NCBI GenBank assembly: GCA_040437565.1
Contig: JBDOQK010000015.1
Span: 310,001 to 374,000 of the forward strand
Reading direction: 5' to 3'
DNA: 64,000 nucleotides
From: Albugo candida
Lineage: Eukaryota
Positions within the stretch are counted from its first letter, which is position 1. Each line of letters starts with the position of its first letter. The notes under the pieces were generated by a model. It saw nothing but the letters and a program-made list of their open reading frames with translations, was not told the origin of the DNA and did not search any database. Of this stretch, positions 10,919-23,100 are shown piece by piece. The translations under genes and the position numbers were made by a program.

Positions 10919-13099
10919 TTGATTGACTTGAGTGTCGTTTCATCAGACCCAGTACAGTCCTCATTACACTTTTGCTTGCTGGAGAACACCATGATTCAGT
11001 CTTGCATTACATCACAGATAATCTCACGAAACTATTTCGTGGGTACTCCATATGGATCCAGAGAATTGGTATACGCTGACTACACAGCAACTGGGAAGTC
11101 ACTACATTCAATAGAAGAATTCATTTGCAAACATGTAATGCCGCTATATGGCAACACTCATACCAAAGCTTCCATTACTGGTTGTCAAAGTACACTCTAT
11201 CGAAATGAAGCTAGAGAGATCATTGCGAAAGCGATCAACGCTCATACTGACGGCGACGATGCCAAAGATGCTGTCTTTTATTCGGGATCCGGTGTAACTT
11301 CGGCTGTAAATAAACTTATCACAATGCTTGGCCTCACTCATTGCGGCCAAACTCGTCGATTTTCGAGTGACCGACCAGTTGTCTTTATCGGACCCTACGA
11401 GCACCATTCTAATATTTTACCTTGGCGTGAAAGTAAAGCTGATGTTGTTCATGTGAGAATGACGGACGATGGACACATTGATATGACTTATTTACGTCGA
11501 AAACTGAATCAGTACGTCCGACGTCCACTTAAAATCGGGGCTTTTTCCGCAGCTTCAAATATCACTGGAATTCTCACTGATGTTGATGCTATCACAGCAC
11601 TTTTGCATCAATTTGGGGCACTTGCTTTCTGGGACTATGCTACGGCAGCCCCATACGTATCCATGGACATGAACCCACCTGGGCAAGGGGAATACAAAGG
11701 AAAAGTCTACAAGGACGCAATCTATTTCTCTGGGCACAAATTCGTCGGTGGCCCTGGATCTCCAGGCATACTCGTCGTCAAAAAAAATCTTGTGCGGAAT
11801 CAAGTTCCGTCCGCTCCAGGTGGAGGCACGGTATTGTACGTCACGGAATCAAAACACTCCTATCTGACTGGACTGGAAGAACGGGAAGAAGGAGGAACAC
11901 CTGATATTCTAGGAAGTATCCGGCTTGCATTGGCCTTACAAGTCAAGCAGCAAATTGGTTCGGACCTTATCATGCGTATTGAAAGCGAACAAGTGGCATA
12001 TGTGCGTGAGTCGTTACGTGCAAACTCGAACATCTTACTACTCGGTGATCAAGAGGCTGATCAACTACCCATATTTTCCTTCCTGATTATATGTGGTGAT
12101 CGATATTTACATTACAATTTTGTGTGTACGTTGCTCAATGATTTATTTGGAATACAAACACGAGGCGGATGTGCCTGTGCAGGACCCTACGCCGCATCAT
12201 TATTAGGCATTTGGCAAAAAATGATCAATGAATACACAGCTGCGCTCGAGGATGGACTCATGCTACTCAAGCCCGGTTTCACTCGATTTAGTGTGACTTA
12301 TTTCATGGAAAACGACGAAATTGATTACATTCTTAAAGCCATTCATTATGTGGCTGATCATGGCTGGAAATTTCTGTCACAATACCGCTGCTGTCTGAAG
12401 TCAGGAGATTGGGTTCACATATCGACAACCGTCGATTCTTTAAAACATCTTAATCAGTTTCGTCCAACAACCATCAAAGATGCTGGACATTACGAGCCGG
12501 AGCCCGAGCAGGTACAGCAAGAAGATGTGATATTTTCACGGGACCAAAATTTCGAGCTGGCACGAATGCATGCCGAAAAGCATAAAATTGATTGCGATGA
12601 ATCCGTCATCTATCACGATGTCTTGAACAGAAAGTATGCATCGCTCAAATGGTACGCGGCACCTGACGAAGGTGAGCGTCTTGCAAATACGGCCCCCAAG
12701 CCGTTCTGGGGACATACATCGCTTAGTTTAGGGCGATCAGGTCGAGCTGATCTATCGCCTGTCCAAGTTCGCCATACTATGACGAATTCAAGTCATATTT
12801 CCAGCGAATCCTCCGCTAAACACTGGATGGAATGGGTAGATATATTTCGAAGAAAAGAAGAGGGGAAGAAGGACAAAGAGCCAATTCCTCGGAAATCTCT
12901 AGCCTCCTCTTGTGTCTACCCGAATCTGCGAAATGAAGACACGGATCCAGACTTGATACCTCTTGATTCATTAGAGGCTCACAAAAATTGGCTTCAAAGA
13001 ATATCGAGCAATTTCAAGCACAAAGACGAGCGAGTGAAGAGAAGGTCAAACTTTTTTAGAGCGCACACGCAAAGGGAGCGTCTTACGATATTCACATAG
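10919..13099 (+). CDS. Class V aminotransferase / cysteine desulfurase-like PLP enzyme (stand-alone)
   Basis: YADYTATG, YGNTHT, GPYEHHSNILPWRE, WDYA, PLP-lysine motif SGHKF, EEGGTP and RGGCACAGPY. The first in-frame ATG is 10991; the true start may lie in an upstream exon. Confidence 0.9.
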   Translation: MIDLSVVSSDPVQSSLHFCLLENTMIQSCITSQIISRNYFVGTPYGSRELVYADYTATGKSLHSIEEFICKHVMPLYGNTHTKASITGCQSTLYRNEAREIIAKAINAHTDGDDAKDAVFYSGSGVTSAVNKLITMLGLTHCGQTRRFSSDRPVVFIGPYEHHSNILPWRESKADVVHVRMTDDGHIDMTYLRRKLNQYVRRPLKIGAFSAASNITGILTDVDAITALLHQFGALAFWDYATAAPYVSMDMNPPGQGEYKGKVYKDAIYFSGHKFVGGPGSPGILVVKKNLVRNQVPSAPGGGTVLYVTESKHSYLTGLEEREEGGTPDILGSIRLALALQVKQQIGSDLIMRIESEQVAYVRESLRANSNILLLGDQEADQLPIFSFLIICGDRYLHYNFVCTLLNDLFGIQTRGGCACAGPYAASLLGIWQKMINEYTAALEDGLMLLKPGFTRFSVTYFMENDEIDYILKAIHYVADHGWKFLSQYRCCLKSGDWVHISTTVDSLKHLNQFRPTTIKDAGHYEPEPEQVQQEDVIFSRDQNFELARMHAEKHKIDCDESVIYHDVLNRKYASLKWYAAPDEGERLANTAPKPFWGHTSLSLGRSGRADLSPVQVRHTMTNSSHISSESSAKHWMEWVDIFRRKEEGKKDKEPIPRKSLASSCVYPNLRNEDTDPDLIPLDSLEAHKNWLQRISSNFKHKDERVKRRSNFFRAHTQRERLTIFT

Positions 13100-13229
13100 G
13101 CAATACAAATTGAGTCGTAGAGCATTTTCTGTTAGGCATATCAAATACACCACGTCGTTTGTTCATCAATCTATTTACATCCAAAGCAATCGAACCATAC
13201 TCTCACCCTTTCGATTGAAGTCGGGAGTA

Positions 13230-14960
13230 ATGCACAATTTAGGCTTACTTCCCAAGCATGAAGAGGAAGGAATGTTGAGAGTTGATGTGCAAAGCGAAAA
13301 AAGTCGGAAGAATGCTTGCATATATGATTCAACCGGAAATGGTGAGCATATTACGAGACATGGATCCCAAGCTCCCATCGACGCTTCCTTGCTTGCGAGG
13401 AAACACAAATTGGGTACTTTTGCGACTATCGTGCATCTGTGCAAGGGAAATGTCGGACCAGGAGCCATGTCTTTACCGTATGGATTCGCTAGAACGGGTA
13501 CATATCTATCTCCACTGTTTTTTGCTTTGGTAGCTTCTATTTGTACCTACAATATGGATCTCTTGCTCTTTTGCAAATCCGCTGTAAATAATCAAATGCC
13601 AATGTCCTTTGGGCAAGTGGGAGGAGATATAATTGGGAAACGGGGTCAGGTTCTTATAAACTTTTTCTTGGTGGCAATGCAGCTTGGAATTTGCTGCGTT
13701 TACTTCACCTTCATTGCCACAAATCTGTATGCAATCATACCTGAAAGGCAAGTCGATTATGCTTGTCCGTGCATTATCATTCAGATTGCATTGTAGAATC
13801 CAAGCAGTGGTACATGAGCGCCATATAATCATTTTTATATTTCCATGCATCCTGCTGCTCTCTTGGTTCCGAACATTAAAACGAATCATTCCTTTCTCTG
13901 GCCTCGGTAAAATTGATTTTCTTACACACAGAACAAGTAACACCGTATGTCTTTGTGGTAGCCAACGGAGCCGTTGCAATGGGAATTATAATTGTTTTCT
14001 ATCTATCGATTCGACACGAATCAAAAGCAGCGATGAGTTTTTACCAAGCAAATTGGGCTGCGATTCCAGACTTTTATGGTACGTTCGAATTTGAATTAAG
14101 TCGATCTGGTTTTTGATTTCTCTAAACGAGATTTCGATTTCATAGGAACTGCTGTTTATAGTTTCGAAGGAATCGGATTGATATTACCCCTTCAAAACGA
14201 AATGCGGCACCCACAGAGATTTCGATCAATATTGTTAGGTTGTATGTTGTGCATCTTGATCCTATTCATTTTCATTGGGGAGATTCCAGCAATTGCGTTC
14301 GGTCAGATTAGTAGCGGTAGTATCACAGCCGTTCTGCAATTATACGCGCAAGATGCACATGGTCTCGTGGTCGCTGCAAATATCTTGCTTGCTTTTGCCT
14401 GCTTGCTATCATTTCCAATTCAGTTTTTTCCAGCAATACAAGTCCTCGAATCCTCCCTTAGTGACACTAGCAATAAACGCATGCAAACAACGGTATCGAA
14501 AGGCAATAATGAAGATCTTACGGACAATACAGCACTGGAGAACCAGCGATTAATCACGTCCCTTCGAATTGTAGATCAGAAGAGGAAAGTGACAACGAAT
14601 CAATCCAAGCCGTTTTTCATCACCCCGAGCGAGTTGAACCGTACGCTATTCCGGACAATGATATGTCTTTGCTTGATGATTGTGGCTATCTGTGTGCCGA
14701 ACGTCGGACTCCTGATTAGCCTTTTCGGAGCTGTCTGCTCAAGTATGTTGGCTATCATCCTTCCTCCCATTATGTACCTCCGCTTATGCAGAACCCGCTC
14801 GATTTCCATTCCATTTTACTCTTGGTTGGGCCATGGTCTAATTGTAGTTTTCGGCATTGCTGGAATGCTGGCTGGAACGTTCCAGGCACTGAAAGAGATC
14901 ATCGCTTCTCTAACTACTGACTTGAATATCAACAGAATACAGAACAGCGTAACATTGTGA
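13230..14960 (+). CDS. Amino acid/auxin permease (AAAP, SLC36/PAT-like) transporter, multi-exon
   Basis: HLCKGNVGPGAMSLPYGF, QLGICCVYFTFIA, GTAVYSFEGIG (spliced), LPLQNEMRHP and LLISLFGAVCSSMLAIILPP; many hydrophobic segments. Confidence 0.9.
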
Positions 14961-15063
14961 ATAACGCGTCATGAACGTCTTTATTTGATTCTAAGCTAAG
15001 TGGCTTATCTCCCGCCGGGCCTACAATATCTTGCTCTAACATTCACAAATTCAACCATGACTT

Positions 15064-17965
15064 TTACTCGCATTTGATATTTCGATATATCCGTCTTGTG
15101 AATGCACTACTTCCCATGTACCCAACCGTTCCACACATCAGAAAGAATGCAAAGCAAAACAAGCTCCTACATAATCGCAGCACCGATTTGGTTAGTTGCA
15201 GCGATAAAACCAGCATTGTTAGACGTACATGTATCCAAAGTAGAAATATGTTTGTAAAAATCCGGACATGTTGGTTTTGTAGAAGTAAAAGTAGATAGAG
15301 TAAATGAAAACATAAATGGCTGTGCTTCCTCCAGCTGCAAAACTCGTCCAGTGCCATTTGTAATTCTCAGCATTTAGCGATACATATGTGCATACAATCG
15401 TAACGCAGAGCGTTACGACTAACAGTATCGTGAAAACCAATAACATAAATCCGTAGACGTAATAAAACTTGTAATTCCAGAACGATGCGAATATGAAATA
15501 CATCTCGATAAAGATGGAGCCAAAAGGAAGGATTCCTGTCATCCAAATCAGCGACCCAGGACGATAGTACCATCGAGCTGATGGGATTTCGCGAGGAAAC
15601 TTATTAACCCGACATGGAAATCCGCTTTTAGCGACTCCGTGACGTCCCAAAATGGTGCCCAAAACTGCCAGCGGACATGATACAAAGAACCATATCAAAA
15701 TCACTTGTACGATTGTTACGAAAGGAATTGCATAGGTTGTTCCGTACAGAACAGCTAGAGCATTGATGAAAAAGACCGATATATAAATCACGGTCGGTAA
15801 CAATGCTGAGGATAAACACATGGCCCGGATCCAATCTTTCGATACGCGTGGATAAAAGAATTGATGATAAAATGCTCCACTTGCATAGCCATTAGTGAGT
15901 GAAGACAAGGCATACACAGTCAAACCAGCAGAAACGATCCCACCCGGTTGCTTGTATAATGATGAGATTGCTGCGATAACCATCACGCTGAAAGATAATA
16001 CCAGCAGTTGTGATCCAGTACCAATCAGGGCAGAAAACAAAAGCAAATACGGTGGAGCACGAAAAACATCACCATGAAGTAATTTCCATCCGGCATTAGC
16101 ATCATCGCGAAGCAAGCTACTGGTACTTTCTAGCATCAGTTCTTCAGCATCCTCTTCGGCGATTCGGGCGTAGTCATTGCGCAGCGTGCGTAACAAAATC
16201 AAGGCCACTAAGCCGACAAGAAATATAACCATCATGAACGAATTGAATATCGAAAACCAGTGAATTTGATGTTCAAAAAACCTAGTGTAAATGAAAATCC
16301 GTAAGTAGTCAACTTCACTAGCAAAAAGAGACCTACTCATCTTCCAAGAAGCGATTGAATCGATCCTCGAATGTGATATCTGTGGTAGTCCATTTGACCT
16401 CATAGGTGAACTCGACTTTTCTATTTGGCACATTTTTNNNNNNNNNNNNNNNNNNNNNNNNNNNNNNNNNNNNNNNNNNNNNNNNNNNNNNNNNNNNNNN
16501 NNNNNNNNNNNNNNNNNNNNNNNNNNNNNNNNNNNNNAAATCACGGTCGGTAACAATGCTGAGGATAAACACATGGCCCGGATCCAATCTTTCGATACGC
16601 GTGGATAAAAGAATTGATGATAAAATGCTCCACTTGCATAGCCATTAGTGAGTGAAGACAAGGCATACACAGTCAAACCAGCAGAAACGATCCCACCCGG
16701 TTGCTTGTATAATGATGAGATTGCTGCGATAACCATCACGCTGAAAGATAATACCAGCAGTTGTGATCCAGTACCAATCAGGGCAGAAAACAAAAGCAAA
16801 TACGGTGGAGCACGAAAAACATCACCATGAAGTAATTTCCATCCGGCATTAGCATCATCGCGAAGCAAGCTACTGGTACTTTCTAGCATCAGTTCTTCAG
16901 CATCCTCTTCGGCGATTCGGGCGTAGTCATTGCGCAGCGTGCGTAACAAAATCAAGGCCACTAAGCCGACAAGAAATATAACCATCATGAACGAATTGAA
17001 TATCGAAAACCAGTGAATTTGATGTTCAAAAAACCTAGTGTAAATGAAAATCCGTAAGTAGTCAACTTCACTAGCAAAAAGAGACCTACTCATCTTCCAA
17101 GAAGCGATTGAATCGATCCTCGAATGTGATATCTGTGGTAGTCCATTTGACCTCATAGGTGAACTCGACTTTTCTATTTGGCACATTTTTCATATGAAAA
17201 AATGAATACACCATTTCGACTAATAATAATATACTGATTTGGCGTGATGGCTGTAGGGCGCTCCGAGTAAGTGAGATTGACGTGAATTATATTTTCTCCA
17301 TTATACGATATGGAGAATTTTTTATGTGTATACAGCACATGAGTTCCCACGGGAAACTAGATCGTAATGACTTATGAAATCATTGGGGAAGGCGAGACAA
17401 GAATCGAGAATAGTTTACCTCTTTCAGCAGTTCTGGCTCATCTTCAGGTTTCATGATCTTACCGACGAGCCCCCACACCGGCAGATCATCAACACTCAAT
17501 TGATACCAATAATGCTCATCAACCTGACATTGATAGTATCAGAAAAATAACAAAGGAAGTACTGCGTCGCTACGTACTGCAGCTGCAAATTTCAGTGCAT
17601 CTGCATCAGAAAGTATCTGGGAGCATAGAGTAGTATTTTCCGTATCAATTGCAAATCTTGTGATTTGGCCAGAGTTGAAAAGCTCATTTCCCTCCAAAAT
17701 CTCACCGATACCAAGTGCATGAGCTTCGGGTTCTTCCATTCCGATCGGCTTGCAAAACGGTAAGCTATTGTACGTATATGTCTCTTGTGGATTATTGTAT
17801 GGCCCGATCTTATTCACCCAGATTATGACATCGTCACCAACTCGATACTACAATGACAAAACTCGTACTCGAATTTTTCATCTTTAGGGAGGCACTTACT
17901 GCGTGATCGTCCATGTCCGCGCAGGTTTTTGTAAGAAAGAGAATCAATAGAGGTAAACAAGACAT
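15064..17965 (-). CDS. Transmembrane 9 superfamily (nonaspanin/EMP70, TM9SF3-like)
   Basis: Signal peptide MSCLPLLILFL, NKIGPYNNPQETY, EHQIHWFSIFNSFMMVIFL, GWKLLHGDVFR, GILPFGSIFIEMYFI and C-terminal KCE. Several introns; an internal segment is artefactually duplicated at gap 16438-16537. Confidence 0.93.
15785..17190. repeat. Apparently exact duplication 15785-16437 / 16538-17190 around 100-N gap
   Basis: Same sequence at offset 753 flanking the gap. Confidence 0.93.
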
Positions 17966-18100
17966 GAGGTACCGACGGACAGAGCACCTTGTGCTGTGGG
18001 GCTCGCATCGAGAAAGAAGCTCATGCATCTCGAATAGTTTGACACGTGTGAGATATAGCACAAAAAACAATTCTTTAGCAATTATATTAAGTTATAGGAT

Positions 18101-20013
18101 TTATTTAGTGACAGTGGAAGACGCTCGGTAGCATGGGAATCGCTTCAAATAAGGCATGTTGTCCAGTGCGCTAAGCGCCGCAAGCGACTTTGTGTTTGGT
18201 GTTAGCCAGTCGTCCTTTAGAAGCCCTTCCACAAAGTGCCCTTTTCCATCGCATGAGTTATACTCATAAGCATTCTCCGGGTTTAACGACCACATAAATC
18301 CTCCAGCATACCCTTGTTCCTTCATAATTTGGATCGTATACTCCACGGTACGCTGAATCGTTTTCATTGGGTGTCCATCGAGAGCATATAGACCTCCAAA
18401 CTCTCCCAGCAACACTGCGGAATCACGTTCGTCAGCCAGATAACCAAACATATCGTGCATGGTGCTTTCAATATTGTTTTTTAACGTTGCATTGTCCAAT
18501 TCTTCGCAGATGCCTTCAGTAGCATAAAGCGGTCCGTAAAAGTAGGGCTGCGGTGCAACTGCAGTCGTATAGTAATGTGGTCCCCACACCAACTTATTCG
18601 GAATCCCAAAGTGTGGCCGTACGGTCTTTGCTTTTTGCAATCCACCTCCCCACCAGTCATAATATTGCATCTTGTTACCTTCTGCCACAAGAGTATGCTC
18701 CCCTGCAATACCTTCAACAATGCCAACCCAACGTGGACATGCACGATGCATCACAGCGGCAATCATTTCAGCTCCTATCACAAAATCGTCTGAGGAGCCT
18801 GTTCCCCATGTTGCTTTATAAGGTTCATTTTTCAAGTCCAAGCCCATGACGTTCCAGAATCTGCCTTTGCATAGGGACGATGAAATTATGTCAACAGCAT
18901 TCAAATAATCCTTCTGAGATATACCGAGTGTTGCATCATACCAATTACCACTATCTTTCATGTTTGTCAGTCTATGTAAACTAATGAGAACACCCAATCC
19001 GTGCTGCCCCAAGCCGATGATGATCGATTTGAGTGTACTGATGAAATTGCGAATGCTAACCGCACGGTTGGTAGCCATGTTTATGATACCATCTGCTGGA
19101 GGGCTGTTACGCAATATATTCTCAATCGAAACTGGAATTCGCACAGCATTGAATTTGTTTCGAGCAAGGAATGCGCCTATTTCATATAATGTTGTTCCAT
19201 TTTGTGGGTTCTCCCACATCCCTAAAGGGATTGAAAGGGATGTTTCCATCCCGGACCAATTTACGCCTTTGATGTGCAACGGCGTTTCCTCTCCACCAGG
19301 TCCAACGGCCACGAGGTACCCACCCTTGCTCTGATAATCCGATAACGCACAATGTTGATCGGGGAAGTATTTTGGATTGCCCATCTGCCCGTCATCCGCT
19401 ACATCAAAAATCACGTCGCTTTTAGAGTCTCTGATTTTTCGCCTGAGTTGCTTATTGTATGACGCGATTAGAGCTTGCCTATGCCTTGCCCAATAGTGAC
19501 TGGAAGCGCCAAGAAAGAGACCACCTATAACTGCCATTGTGACAACAAGAAGAAATAATATGCCCGGCCATCGCTACAACACATCACATTACAATTATCA
19601 TTGAAACTCGGAAGCAACATGCCTACCTTGAGCCGACCATGAAAATCACGTGGTGTTTCTTTCGGAGAACGATCTTTTCCCACACGTAGTCCAATAGGAA
19701 ATTGATCACGACCTACTGAACCAGGCGTGCTCGCTAAATGTGCGGAGAGTATGTGTGTCGATGGAGTCACTGGACACACTAATTCCGTAAGTGGAGTCGG
19801 CACGAAGTTGGACTCTGTGTACGTGCACGTTGACCGAGTTTGAGGCCGTGAAAATATGCCGGATGTCGCATCTGGTACCCGAGAATTAGCGCTTTCTCCA
19901 CTCAAAGTCGGATGGCTCTCGCTAGCAACAGGTGGCTGTCTGCTATTTGCCTCTTGTTCATCGATCAACAAATCCTTACTTAAATTTCGTATGCTCAAAA
20001 CTTTATTGTGCAT
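18101..20013 (-). CDS. Glycoside hydrolase family 5 (endo-beta-glucanase/cellulase-like) with N-terminal membrane anchor
   Basis: IKGVNWSGME, FNAVRIP, acid/base motif DLKNEP, nucleophile motif LGEFGG and WSLNP. Intron 19574-19626 joins the N-terminal ORF to the TM segment RWPGILFLLVVTMAVIGGLFLG. Confidence 0.9.
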
Positions 20014-20175
20014 TATCTTCCTCTATCTGCTGCCACCTGGCTACTTCAAAGCAAACAGGTACGCTAAAGGTCTTTTGCGTCTGCTACTTTTTTGTTACTG
20101 CGTCGATTCTAAACCCACAACACCCACAAGAGCGTTCTATCGATCATTCTGTTGCAAAAAGTAGTACCATCCACA

Positions 20176-23100
20176 TCATTTTTTGTCACAAATAGACGAT
20201 TCTTTTACTGTACTGAGAATCCGATCTCGCGTTACATTGAGAGATCCGTACACATGGTCATCCAGTAGTGGAACAAGGGCTCGCCGAATGCAATGAAACA
20301 TCTGTGGAAGTAGAGTTTCTTCTTGCGCCAGTAGCTTCTTGACTCTAGCCCGTTCCTTTGGCTGCTCAAAACATGCCGGGCAATTTTCGTTTATAACTGG
20401 AAGTCGAGCGTCTGAAGCAAATTTTTGCAGTAGAAATTCACGAACGTAGATTAGCGGACGGATGATCTGAATATCGCGTGCATGATTCCAGTAATTGGCC
20501 TTCATTGTGCGTAGCTGACCATTGTGAAACAAAGACATGACAAAACTTTCGGCAATATCGTCTAAATGTTGACCAAGGACTAGCTTATTGTATCCGTTGG
20601 AACGACAACACTGATATAATAGACCTCGCTTCATCCGTGAGCAGTAGCTGCATATGGAAGTCCCATTCAGCTCACAGCTCGCGCGCTCAATAATGTTTTC
20701 TGACAAGTAATGATACTCCACACCAAGGGCCTTCATGTAATCCTTCAACGGGCTTGGATCGTATGACGCCGTCTGTGGATCCACTGTGGCACAAGCAAGA
20801 TCAAATTTAACTGGAGCACGCTTTTGTAGATGCAGGAGAATATGAAGAAGGCTGAGAGAGTCTTTTCCTCCAGATACACCGAGCAGCAGCCGATCTCCAT
20901 TTTGAATCATCTCCCACTGGAGAATTGCCTCGCCCACAGAATGAAGAATTTTTTTCGGAGGCTTTGGAAACAGCGTGACAGCGCTCATTGTCCTGGTAAT
21001 AGCCACGATCGCCTCATTGACTCGCAAAAAAGCCGTCTGGTTGGTTTTAGCATCACTACGAAGGCGAAGCGGATACTTCCCACCTTGAAATCGCTCTCTA
21101 TCAAGCATCAATCCATTAGTTTTGCAAATCGAGGTTTCGGGCACAAATGACTTTGATACAGGGCCATGGTCTTGTTCCGGCTTTTCCAAGCCATCTGACT
21201 CCCACTGCTTGTGCAAGGATCTTGCACGATAACGATCTGGTTGAATAGGCCCTACGATAGGCCTCAATCTTGGAATCCCACAAAAGTCTTCCTGCAAAAG
21301 GCAAACAACTTCAAAAGGATACACAAACCATCGCAAACTCTCGTACGATTCGTCCAGCATCCAAGCTGCCGACGGAGCAATCGGAGACTGTCTCGCCAAC
21401 CGAATGCAATCATCCGCCAGACAGTTTGCCATGTCCAAAGCCTTCTCAAACTCGGAGTTTATACTAATATCATCCTCCGAATTCGAACTCATGTTGGATA
21501 GAGCAGGATCAGAAAAGAAATGAGAAAGCCATTTTCGATCGTAGTGTTTTGTGAACCGAGTCATGTGCTTCCATTCTCCGCTTTTATGATTGAAGCGATA
21601 ATGAACCAAGAACTTCCAGCCGTGATTTGCAATAAAATGTATTGCCTTGAGAATAAAATCAACTTCTACATCTTGCATGAAATATGGAAAGCTAAGTCGA
21701 GTAAACCCAGGTCGGAGAACTTCTTTCCGAGAAAGCAAAGCCTGCTCTATTGCAAGAATATCGTTCTTGGCAATTCCCAACAAGCGCATGCTGTAAGGAC
21801 CGGCACAAGCACATCCACCACGAGATTGGATACCAAATAGATCGTTCAAAAGCGCACAGACAAAGTTGTAATGGAGAAAATGTTCATGGAAGCGGATAAG
21901 AAACGAGATGATAGGAAGTTGACGAACACCAGTTGGAGGTCCTAGTACGACAATGTTCTCATTTCTGTCTAAAGATCTTCGAACCTCAAGCACATGCTTT
22001 TGCTCAACTTCGGCAATTCGCTGGGTTCCGATGCGGTGTTTGATCTCGAATGCAAGACCAAGGCGAGCGCTTCCCAGTAAATCTGGACTTCCTCCTTCTT
22101 CTCGCTCTTCTCGGTTCGATAGATACCGATGATCTGATTCCGTCACGAAAAAAACAGTCCCACCACCTGGTGCAGAGGGAACCGGGTTCCTGACAAGTCG
22201 CTTTTTGACTATAAGCACGCCAGGTGAGCCTGGTCCACCAACAAATTTATGCCCGGAAAAAAAGATTGCATCCTTATACAAATACGGTCGGTCCTCTACA
22301 TTGGTGCATTCGATAGGGTTCATATTGATTGGAACATATGGAGCAGCCGATGCGTAATCCCATATAGCTATTGCTCCAAATCGATGTAACATCACTGTAA
22401 TCGCATCCACGTCAGTCAAGACACCAGTCACATTAGATGCAGCAGAAAAGGCACCAATGCATAACGACCGCGAGGAGTACTCGGTCAGCTTTTTCTTCAA
22501 GTCCTCTAGATCGATAAGCCCATCCTGGTTTTCGTTGATTGTCACGACATCTGCTAGAGTTTCTCGCCACGGAAGAAGGTTGGAATGGTGCTCAAAAGGC
22601 CCCACAAATATGACTGGCCGTGTCGGCACGGACGATATAGACGAACACGATTCTAACCCGAGAAGACTGACAAGTTTATTGACAGCTGCAGTGGTACCCT
22701 GACCAACAAGTAAGACACAGTCTTCGGCACTTTTTCCTGTCACAGCAGCATTGACGGCTTGAGCAATTATTTGACGTGCTTCATGACGGTAGCATGTGCT
22801 TTGTAGTCCCGTAATAGAAGTAGTCGTATGCGTGTTGGCGTAAAATGGCATGACTCGTTGATAAATATGGCGTTCGATACATTCAAGAGACCTGCTGCTT
22901 GCCGTGTAGTCCGCATAACAGATAAGCTTTAGCCCAAAAGGAGACTCGAAACGATGGTTCCGACCAACTAGTTGAGAATTTATCCATTCGGGTGTGCAGA
23001 ACCTCGAACCTACTGCATCTTCACGCAAGCTTGAGTGAGTTGTCGATTCCTGCATTGTTGCCTTCTGGGTCGTTGTATCTTCTAGCTCATCACAGAAGTA

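Noticed and set aside
15219-17186. 655-aa ORF with an apparent internal tandem domain repeat in TM9SF
   Set aside because: Produced by the exact overlap around the N gap; it also reads through an intron.
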